The notes beneath the pieces are model-generated. The model saw only the letters and a list, made by a program, of their open reading frames with translations, was not told the origin of the DNA and searched no databases. Both the position numbers and the translations under genes were made by a program. This document shows positions 53,401 through 64,000 of a stretch of DNA of 64,000 nt, piece by piece; position 1 is the first letter of the stretch, and each line of letters starts with the position of its first letter. Source of the DNA: Owenia fusiformis (lineage: Eukaryota); the NCBI GenBank assembly GCA_903813345.2, contig CAIIXF020000001.1, forward strand, positions 7,006,001-7,070,000, read 5' to 3'.

Positions 53401-54704
53401 TTTGAAAAAAATGTAATATTTTTTCCTCTCAGATTGGCCAATTTCCATGTTTTATGCTCAAAGCCAAAATTGGCTGTGCAGCACGTACCTACCCAAATTA
53501 TTTGGAGTGAACCCCTTGGGTAATATATTTGACAATATGGGGCATAATGATTGTACAAACCAGTGTTAAATTACTTATCTAAGAAATAAAAGGTTTCATA
53601 GAATGCTTTTGGAAAGGACATTTATCAAGAGGAAAATACTTTACTTTAATGAACAATCAACCTGTTGAAGATGTAAACCCTATTATTGAACATTCAACAT
53701 ATTGTATAGATACGCCATTGATTTATTAATTGGCCATTTTCAGTTAGCTAGATTTTAATTGTTTTATTTACTGAATTTGTTGCTATGCATTTCTTCTATA
53801 TAATGGTATGCCATTATGCTAGTAGACTGACATGATAATAACACGAGCTGCAACATGCATGATTGCAAATTGATAAATTCACTATCAATTATTTATTGCT
53901 CTTAGTTCCAAATAGCAGAGCAAATGAGAGCTTCAAAGTATGTTCGTTAATGAAAAATAAATGACACAATTTGTTCTCAGGTTCTAATATACCATTTGAA
54001 AGATGAGTATGTCTGCTTTAAGGCTCTGATGATTTCACATTTGAAATTGAACTGCTTCATCATTGCCACAACAAAAATATTTGTACACAAGGATAAACCT
54101 GTTGTTGACTTGTATCTGGATAAAATCTGGACCATAGTGTACTTGTTGCATTTTAAAAGGGCAGCATCAGTACTTCTGGTCTTAAACCACTCCCAACATG
54201 TTTTTAAAACAATGACCTGTATAACTTGCATTAATAGACTTAATGTAATGTAAACATTATTGTTTGTAAACATCTTGACAAAAATTGTTCACTTAGTAAA
54301 CAGCTTGACAAGTCAAAAACAGAAAGGTACATGTGCAGTATGGCAAGTGATTTCAGACAGTTATATCTTTCACCATGAGTACTTTCTGGGCATAAAAACA
54401 ATTTGTTTTCTTTCAATTGAAGTCCCCATGATGATAAAAATATCAATCAAACAATTTGAAAAATTATAAATAGGGACCCCACGTCAACAATTTTTTCAAA
54501 ATGTTGAACTTATTTGCTCAAAAGAGGATCTTCTTTTTCTATTTTATATTGCATGATAAGATTATTTAACAAGGGGTCTAAAACATCTTCAAAAGTAGAA
54601 TGGTATTGAAAGTCTAGTTTTGAAGATATCAATTTTCGATGACCAAAATCATGCTGAAAATAATATGAGTTTTCCCTATGGAAAAAAAAACTAGGGAAAT
54701 ATGG

Positions 54705-57412
54705 TTTTTATGTCACCACCAAAAAGTGGTGACATATTGTTATGGTCTCCGTTTTTTTTATGTCACCACCAAAAAGTGGTGACATATTGTTATGGTCTCC
54801 GTTTTTTTTGCGACGGCGGTTGGTGGTTGGCGTCCGGCGTCTGGCGTCCGGCGTCTGGCGTCTGGCGTCCGGCGTCCGGCGTCTGTAACAATTTCTTACA
54901 ACTTCCTATAACTTAACAAATACTGTTTAGACTGACTTCAATTTTTTTCTAAATCATCTACATCTTCTCAGAAGTTCAAATCTGACTTTAGATTTGACAT
55001 TTGACCTTCAATGACCTTCTCAAGGTCAAAAAGGTCTTGTTTCAACTTGCTTCACATTGACTAAATTTTTTTTCAAAATCATCTACATGTTCTCAGAAAT
55101 TCAAATCTGACTTTAGATTTGACATTTGACCTTCAAATCTGACTTTAAATTTGACATTTGACCTTCAATGACCTTCTCAAGGTCAAAAAGGTCTTTTTTC
55201 AACTTGCTTCACATTGACTAAATTTTTTTTCAAAATCATATACATGTTCTCAGAAATTCAAATCTGACTTTAGATTTGACATTTGACCTTCAAATCTGAC
55301 TTTAGATTTGACATTTGACCTTCAATGACCTTCTCAAGGTCAAAAAAGGTCAAAAAGGTCTGTTTTCAACTTGCTTCAAATTGACTAAATTTTTTTTTCA
55401 AAATCATCTACTTGTTCTCAGAAATTCAAATCTGACTTAAGATTTGACATTTGACCTTCAATGACCTTCTCAAGGTCAAAAAGGTCTTTTTTCAACTTGC
55501 TTCACATTGACTAATTTTTTTTTCAAAATCATCTACATGTTCTCAGAAATTCAAATCTGACTTTAGATTTGACATTTGACCTTCAAATCTGACTTTAGAT
55601 TTGACATTTGACCTTCAATGACCTTCTCAAGGTCAAAAAGGTCTTTTTTCAACTTGCTTCACATTGACTAAATTTTTTTTCAAAATCATCTACATGTTCT
55701 CAGAAATTCAAATCTGACTTTAGATTTGACATTTGACCTTCAAATCTGACTGTAAATTTGACATTTGACCTTCAATGACCTTCTCAAGGTCAAAAAGGTC
55801 TTTTTTCAACTTGCTTCACATTGACTAAATTTTTTTTCAAAATCATATACATGTTCTCAGAAATTCAAATCTGACTTTAGATTTGACATTTGACCTTCAA
55901 ATCTGACTTTAGATTTGACATTTGACCTTCAATGACCTTCTCAAGGTCAAAAAAGGTCAAAAAGGTCTGTTTTCAACTTGCTTCAAATTGACTAAAAATT
56001 TTTTTCAAAATCATCTACTTGTTCTCAGAAATTCAAATCTGACTTAAGATTTGACATTTGACCTTCAATGACCTTCTCAAGGTGAAAAAGGTCTTTTTTC
56101 AACTTGCTTCACATTGACTAATTTTTTTTTCAAAATCATCTACATGTTCTCAGAAATTCAAATCTGACTTTAGATTTGACATTTGACCTTCAAATCTGAC
56201 TTTAGATTTGACATTTGACCTTCAATGACCTTCTCAAGGTCAAAAAAGGTCAAAAAGGTCTGTTTTCAACTTGCTTCAAATTGACTTAATTTTTTTTTCA
56301 AAATCATCTACGTGTTCTCAGAAATTCAAATCTGACTTAAGATTTGACATTTGACCTTCAATGACCTTCTCAAGGTCAAAAAAGGTAAAAAAGGTCTGTT
56401 TTCAACTATTTTCGAATTGACTAAAAAAAATTTTCAAAATCATCTACGTGTTCTCAGAAATTCAAATCTGACTTTAGATTTGACTTAAGATTTGACATTT
56501 GACCTTCAATGACCTTCTCAAAGTCAAAAAAGGTCAAAAAGGTCTTTTTTCAACTTGCTTCAAATTGACTAAATTTTTTTTTCAAAATCATCTACATGTT
56601 CTCAGAAATTCAAATCTGACTTTAGATTTAACATTTGACCTTCAATGACCTTCTCAATGTCAAAAAAGGTCAAAAAGGTATTTTTTCATCTTGTTTCAAA
56701 TTGACTAATTTTTTTTTTCAAAATCATCTACGTGTTCTCAGAAATTCAAATCTGACTTTAGATTTGACTTAAGATTTGACATTTGACCTTCAATGACCTT
56801 CTCAAAGTCAAAAAAGGTCAAAAAGGTCTTTTTTCAACTTGCTTCAAATTGACTAAATTTTTTTTTCAAAATCATCTACATGTTCTCAGAAATTCAAATC
56901 TGACTTTAGATTTGACATTTGACCTTCAATGACCTTCTCAGTGTCAAAAAAGGTCAAAAAGGTATTTTTTCATCTTGCTTCAAATTGACTAAATTTTTTT
57001 TTCAAAATCATCTACATGTTCTCAGAAATTTAAATATGACTTTAGATTTGACTTTAGATTTGACATTTGACCTTCTCAAGGTCAAAAAAGGTCAAAAAGG
57101 TCTGTTTTCAACTTGCTTCAAATTGACCAATTTTTTTTTTCAAAATCATCTACATCTTTTCAGAAGCTCAAATTTGACTTTACAAGTTCTCAGAAGTTCA
57201 AATCTGACTTTAGATTTGACCTTTGACCTTCAATGACCTTCTCAAGGTCAAAAAGGTCTTTTTTCAACTTGCTTCAAATTGACTAATTTTTTTTTCAAAA
57301 TCATCTACATGTTCTCAGAAGTTCTTCTTAAGGTCAAAAGGTATTTTTCAACTTGCTTTAAATTGACCAAATTGTTTTAGGTGGTGACATTTTGTCATGT
57401 TAATGCCTTGTT
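54705..57412 (+). mobile_element. Helentron-type non-autonomous (HINE/DINE-1-like) element carrying a ~2.4-kb tandem array
   Basis: T-run, then subTIR TGTCACCACC with a nearby inverted copy (5' ~50 bp duplicated), GGCGTCC/GGCGTCT microsatellite, ~145-170-bp tandem units (tttgaccttcaatgaccttctcaaggtcaaaa), and 3' GGTGGTGACA + catgttaatg tail. Fragments of the same family at ~2060-2108, ~5745-6230 and ~10620-10695. Confidence 0.75.
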
Positions 57413-57485
57413 AACTTTGTTGCATTTCAATACCCATTCCCTTTTCAGAAGTTATTAATATAGTGGAGAAGAAACTTTTGATATA

Positions 57486-57924
57486 CTGTAAAACGGGTAA
57501 TTTTGTCACCGGAAAATTTTAGCGATTTTTCAATCTTAAGGGGTTTTAGCGCGGGAAATATTAGCGAAATGAAGATTAATCTTTAAAAAATCAAATTAGC
57601 GAAATGCATTAGAAATTTTATCATTTATGGCAGAAGAATGAATAACGGACATGACAGAGGAATTATCAAAATGTAAGACTTCTAACGCACATGGTATTGG
57701 TCCAAACTACTGTAATCTCATCTGACTAATCACAAAATCACGGTAGCATTTAAAATATTGAAAGAAACATACGATTTAAAAATATTTACCTTTATCAAAT
57801 TACAAACCGGAAGTCGAGCACTGAACGAAAAGGTTTATTTTAGCGAATTGAATTTTTAGTGAAACTATAGCGATCGCCAACAATCGCTAACAATTACCCC
57901 TCGCTAACAATACCCGTTTTACAG
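57486..57924. mobile_element. Tc1/pogo-like MITE
   Basis: TA|CTGTAAAACGGGTA...TACCCGTTTTACAG|TA. Confidence 0.8.
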
Positions 57925-59291
57925 TATTCAAATTGAGGAAAACAAGATCCTCTTTTTAGAAAATACACCTTACATTTTTAAAAAAGTGACAAGGTTGGGT
58001 CTTAAAGGCAGAATCTGATCTATAGGGGGTGACAAAATTACAAGCAACATGTATATTTGACCTACCAATCTATTCCTTACAATATCAAATACAATATCTC
58101 CCAAAAGATTCACAATATGTTATAAATTGGTGAAGTTATTAATGATTCAAACAGTGCAAAAATGAGTGAAAAATGTTTAAATTCTCCCAAATAATAAGAA
58201 TGGTAACCATTCTTATAGAAAAATAATACATTATTGTAAAAATCTTTAGTTTACCTGGAAGAAAGTATGCACTTCTAAAATTGAATTAATTTTTTGTTTA
58301 GCCTGCTCGCTATATCTGATTCTCTCTTTAATCCATAATTTTTCAGAGAGTTGGATTGATATTTTACTATCATGGGGACTTCACTTTAAAGAAAACATAT
58401 TGTTTTAATGAAAACCACTGTATTTATACCCAGAAAGTACTTATGGTGAATGATATGACTGTCTTAAATCACTTGCCATACTGCACACGGACCCTTATGC
58501 TCTCACAATTTTGAATTATATATAAGATCCTGTATCAGCCAAAATCCTGTATCAGAACTATCAGAAAATTTCATGAGACTTAATATTGTGTTATTATGGT
58601 ATATTATGAACCATATTAGTATTAAAAATTATTTCTATTTTACAATTTGTTAAAATTTGAAAATGTGATTCGATAAATTAGATTGTATCATTTATGACAC
58701 CATCATTGGGTGACGACATACAGAACAAGTTTCAGAAAAATATTATGGAATAGATAGGTTATTGATGGAATATGAATTTTTCCTCAAGAAAATATGATAT
58801 TGGCCTCGAAAAATATCATATTAACACTCGGGCTGTCACCCTCGGTCAATATGATATTTTCCCTCGAAATAAAATTCATATTTCATCCCTCCCATTAAAT
58901 AACCTCTATATATCCCGCTGTATCTCCCACTCAGCAATTCCTGGGAATTTTTTTCAGTGCATGTTCTCATAATCTACTAAGTATAGGATTAATCAGTTAT
59001 TTAATGCTCGGTTTGCATACAGGGTTTAAGCCTCGGGAAATACAATGTATATAGCCTCTGTCCCTGTGGTCGCTAGGGTTCATATATTATATTTCCCTCA
59101 GGATATATCCTGTATCCAAAACTTCCCATTAAATAACCCTCATAGTCATATAGATATTGATGATGCGAATTACAGGTCATTAGGCCTAAGTTTAAATATT
59201 TTTGGTTGATTTTAGAATCAGAATTCCAGAAACGTCAATTTAAATTTAACAGTTGACCTTTAATATACTGTTCATACCCTTCTGTACGTAC

Positions 59292-60392
59292 CTTATTGAG
59301 CATAGGTTGAGATTGCGTCATCCTGTCTAGTGATTCTTGGTCAACTGCCAGTAGATTGTTGAAGCTAGGGTTGTTCTCTGGTAAGCTCTGTGTATCAGGG
59401 CATCCTCCCTTTCCTTCGTTGGTTTTACACTCACTGGGTGTGTTAATGTCCTTTATAGCAAGGGCATATGTGGCAGCTGGGGGGCGATTGGCCTGAGGTT
59501 TGAAATCAATGTGTTTGTTGATTTGTTGATTGAGGTTGTTCCTGCTGTCTGAGACGACATCAACAAGACTGAGTTCAACGCTACGTGCGAATGCATCTCT
59601 TAAGTTTGATGAGTGGTTAAAACTCAGTATGCTTCCATTGCGTTTGGCTTGTGCTAATGCCTCACGACGTTTCAGTGCTTTTTCACGCCGCATCTGATCT
59701 TTGTAGAACTCAGCAAAATTGTTAACTATAATTGGAATAGGCAGGGCAATAACTAATACCCCACATATACAACACACTGCACCAACTACCTTACCCAGAG
59801 CTGTCTTAGGGTAGACATCACCATAACCTACTGTCGTCATTGTAATAGCTGCCCACCAAAACGTCTGAGGAATACTGATGTATTTGGGATTTTCGTCTTT
59901 TTCAGCAAAATATGCTAAACTTGAAAACATGAGTATGCCTATAGCTAAGAACATCATGAGCAAACCAAGCTCTTTGTATGATCTTTGTAATGTATAGCCC
60001 AATGACTGCAATCCTGTGGAGTGGCGGGCAAGTTTCAGAATCCTTAATATCCTCATAATACGAAAGATTTGGACAACTCTTCTGACATTATGGAATTGTT
60101 CCGTACTTCTGTTTGACTCAACCAACCCCAAGGAGATAAAATATGGTAGGATTGCTAGTAAATCTATTATATTTAAAGGTGCTTTGAAGAACTTCCATTT
60201 ATTTGGTGCTGCCCAAAATCGGGCTAAATACTCCAATGTGAACCAAGCTATACAGACTGCTTCTACTAATGCCAGCTTCTCATTATCAGTTGGCTGGTCA
60301 TCTTTGTCACGTCCCTGTATTGATGGCATAGTATTTAATGTTAGGGCAATTGTGGATAGGACTATGAATAGTACTGACACTACCGCTACTAC
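59292..60392 (-). CDS. Shab: Kv2/Shab voltage-gated K+ channel, large exon encoding S1-S6 and proximal C-terminus; T1 exon(s) lie beyond the window
   Basis: CAG acceptor at 60395-60393. S4 [23 protein letters not shown], pore [10 protein letters not shown]6 [13 protein letters not shown], Kv2-type C-terminus [27 protein letters not shown]. Donor AAG|GTACGT at 59292/59291; the unspliced frame runs on to a stop at 59235. Confidence 0.95.
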
Positions 60393-60496
60393 CTGCAAGC
60401 ATACATAAGCATATGGTCAAATCAAATCAAAATAAGTTGTTCATAATAAAAGTATAAGTTCAGTTTTCTACAAAAATGAATGAAGAAAATATATGT

Positions 60497-62358
60497 CATA
60501 CCTGCCAACCTACCGTATTTTTACGGGAATCTACCGTAAATTTTTCATTTTTCCGTAAAAAAATGACAAACTTCCGTAAAAAAATACCATGTTTTTCCCG
60601 TAAAAACGCCCGTAAAAAAATCTACCGTATTTTTTTCGAAATCTACCGTAAATTTATTTTTTAAAAACTCGTTTCTTCCATGAGAACGGCCGTAAAATCT
60701 ACCGTAAATTTTTGAAAATCTACCGTAAATTTTCGAAAATCTACCGTACATTTTCGAAAATCTACCGTAAATTTTCGAAAATCGACCGTATTTCTGCTAA
60801 AATCAACAGTATTCTTGTTCAAACTACCGGAAAATTTCCCGTTATTGTTGGGAAATGCTGAAAAATTGAAGTCATTGATATCATGAGAGACTTGCGAGTA
60901 AACAAATCAATTTTCAATACCATATGATTTCAATGTTATATGAACATTATGTCTGTCATTTCAATTCGTTAAAGTGATAGATCATCTAAGATGGTGAGTA
61001 AAAACGTGTAAAATCCATATTTTGTATTTCAGTAAATGTTTCATTAGTATTTCCAAACATCGTGATATCTTATGAACTGGTTAGAAGGTGAATAAAAGTG
61101 GAGATATGAATATTGTGTTCTATTTTGAATCAATCTAGATTTATTGTAAAAGAGTTGTAGAAAAGTTCTGATCAACATACCACTTACATGGACATACAAA
61201 TTTGCGAACCAACCAGCATGAGGATTATGGAATTTTTTCCGCATCTTTATTCTATTTTCACACTTTTGGATTTGATTACAACCATTCGATATTCCACTCT
61301 ATTAAAATGGTTTGAAACACGTAATAAATTCGTTTGTTTTTACACATTTATATTTGATTTATGTAACTATATATGTGATAAATGCACTTGTGTATGCGGT
61401 TCATGTTATTCAGTGTTTGGTAAAATGTCACATATTTAAGTAACGAACAAAGGCGGTTGACACATAATATATTTAGAACACACATCAAATACAAATATAC
61501 TTTAGAACCAAACAATGTTCATTTACCGAACAATCATAGAGTACCAAATAGCACGGACATATAGTGACTTACCCCACATAATTAATGACATATTGCACAT
61601 AAAATGATGTGGGGTAGGTCAAATTCTTCCACAAAACTAGTTATTTTAAAATGTACCGCAAAAACTCCCGCATTTTTTCCAAATTTACCGAAAAGTACCG
61701 CATTTTTGGCAAATCTTCCGCAAAAGTACCGGTTTTTCAAAAAATTACCAAAATCTACCGTAAAACTACCGCATTTTTGGCAAATCTTCCGCAAAAGTAC
61801 CGGTTTTTTCAAAAAATTACCGTAAAAACTACAGCAATTTTCAGAATCTTCCGCAAAACTACCGCTTTTTCAAAAAACTACCGTGAAAACTACCGCATTT
61901 TTTCAAAATCTACCGTAAAACTCCCGCATTTTTTCAGAATCTTTCGCAAAACTACCGCTTTTTCAAAAAACTACCGTAAAAACTACTGCATTTTTTAAAA
62001 TCTACCGTAAAACTACCGCATTTTTCTAAATCTTCCGCAAAACTACCGCTTTTTTCGAATTTCTACCGTAAAATTACATTATTTTCAAAAATCTACCCCA
62101 AACCTCTGAAACTACAGTATTTTTTTAAAATCTACCGCAAAAACTACCGTTTATTTTATAAATCTACCGTAAAAACTACCTTTTTTTAAAAAATCTACCG
62201 CAAAAACTACCGTTTTTTCTAAAATCTACCGCAAAAACTACCGCAATTTTGTTGAAAAATACCGCAAAAACTACCGTATTTTGAAAAAATCTATCGCAAA
62301 AATACAGCAATTTTAAAAAAATCTACCGCAAAATTTTGGTCTTAGGTTGGCAGGTATG
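60497..62358. mobile_element. Non-autonomous DNA transposon with 5-bp TSD and subterminal CTACCG tandem arrays
   Basis: TATGT|CATACCTGCCAACCT...AGGTTGGCAGGTATG|TATGT. Arrays at ~60510-60830 and ~61650-62335. Confidence 0.8.
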
Positions 62359-64000
62359 TATGTTTTCCCTGAAACAAAAAGAAACATTCTAAATTAATAA
62401 AATCGGAAGCAAAACATGATATTAACCTAACGCTGAGTTGACCTCTACATATAATTGCTATTTAGTGACTACAACTGAAAATCAAATATAATGTATAAGA
62501 AGTAAGATCAACTGAATATGTGCAATATAATATAGGTATATGATGCATATATACCTTCTATTGACTCTCTGATGTCATATCAATGACATATTTGTTTGTA
62601 ACTTAACTATGTACAGTAATATACAAAACTAAACAAGAACTACCGTAGGCTAAACTATACAAAATACAAAAATACTAGTCAATTGTAAATATGTAGCATG
62701 ATAAAATGTAAAGATATGTGACGTATCATCTACACAATGTCAATCCAATTTTTCGAATTACATCTGTGTTTTTTTATGAGACATCATTTTTTTAATACTA
62801 CTGATTGCCTAATTGTTAAACAAAAAGTGATCAATGATTTTGTATAGTTGTCCAAAAAGTCTTGAAATTTTTGCTTTAACTTTCTAGATTATTCCTTAAT
62901 TCAGCTAAAATTTTGTGTATACTGCAATTGAAGTGTTATCCTACATTAATGTTAAGTCTTAAAATGGTTGCTATAGCAACGCAGGGCCATGGGATGGGCA
63001 GGGCAAACTCAAACTCAGCCATGGTCAAGAAATTGCAAAATGGATGCAATTCTCCAACCTGATAGGACATGTAGGAAGTCATTAGATTCATACTTTACTT
63101 GGACTTACAGCCACACAAACTCATGCTACCATGATGAAATTACTATACACCATGTATTACTTGGTGGTTGAAGGGATTTAAATTGATAATTGGACCTTTA
63201 ATGACAATTCCAAACCAGGGAGGCTAAAAACTCCAAACCTGGGAGGCCAAAGACCCCATGAGTCACGGCTGAAAAAATTGCCTAGACTGGGTAAGAAGCC
63301 ATCAACTGTGCATTACTTGGCAAGGCCAATATTTTGAAATTGTGAATGGGACAATGTGTTTAGTATACATCAACTAAATCTAAAATCTGCTCATAGTAAT
63401 TTACTTTAGTAACTTACTATAAATATATTTATAAGTAATGCATGAATAGGATGTGGCCCTAAATTCAAAATTTTGGATGATTTTATACTCATACTCTTGC
63501 AATGCTCATAAAAATAAAACCATGCAGTGTAATTCCTTCAAACTTTAAAAAGTGAACAAAAAATGTTCAAAGCTCGTCCATGTGAAATATGAGGCCAAAA
63601 GAATAAAAATTGATAATATGAGAGCAACAATTTCAAAACTTTTTGGACAACCCTCGTACACTTTAGAATATTTTTCAATCTAATTATTCCAGTGACAAAT
63701 GCAATTGATCTGATTTGAGAACCCATACTGTTATGACATGACCCATTCATTAACCTGTATATAATGTACTGATTATAAAAATCAATGTTCTCTCATTGTA
63801 TTGAATAATTCTACATGTGAATATAGTGAAACATGACAATAAATAGAGGTCCTTGACACTGCTAGTTCAGAATACAGTTTTCTATATAAGGAGGTAGTCT
63901 CACAAACAGGTGGGAAGAACAGATGCAGAGAAAAAATTTCTTCAAACTTAAAGATTTTGAAGATCAAGTTAACAGTTTTGATTTTGTCAATTACAATGGA

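Noticed and set aside
60016-60408. 130-aa plus-strand ORF
   Set aside because: Antisense shadow of the Kv2 exon.
60476-61998. Lys/Phe/Arg-rich ORFs
   Set aside because: Arise from the CTACCG tandem arrays of a non-autonomous transposon.

Overview
This is AT-rich, intron-rich animal DNA, probably a marine invertebrate; the species cannot be determined from the window. Four spliced genes can be reconstructed by hand with GT-AG boundaries and consistent phases. (1) A 5'-incomplete, strongly divergent Slo1/BK-family K+ channel (+, ~975-16916, 20 exons, ~928 aa visible). (2) IMPAD1/BPNT2 (-, 27688-21022). (3) UBE2W (+, 27906-32071), head-to-head with IMPAD1. (4) The 3' part of a Kv2/Shab channel (-, 60392 to 46164). 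The most striking observation is the Slo-like channel. Its frame is intact and its exon structure is BK-like, but the Ca2+-bowl loop is deleted, the S4 R213 equivalent is Asn, both Mg2+-site glutamates are Arg, the RCK1 Ca2+ ligands R514/E535 are lost, and the filter is GFG. This suggests a Ca2+-insensitive, Slo3-like derived paralog. A second candidate is an alternative Kv2 terminal exon encoding an extra transmembrane helix. Introns contain many non-autonomous transposons: Helentron-type (HINE-like) elements carrying tandem arrays, Harbinger and Tc1/mariner MITEs, a decayed mariner, a solo LTR, tRNA-derived SINEs and tiny P-like footprints with 7-bp duplications. Comparisons to reference proteins are from memory, not from database searches.
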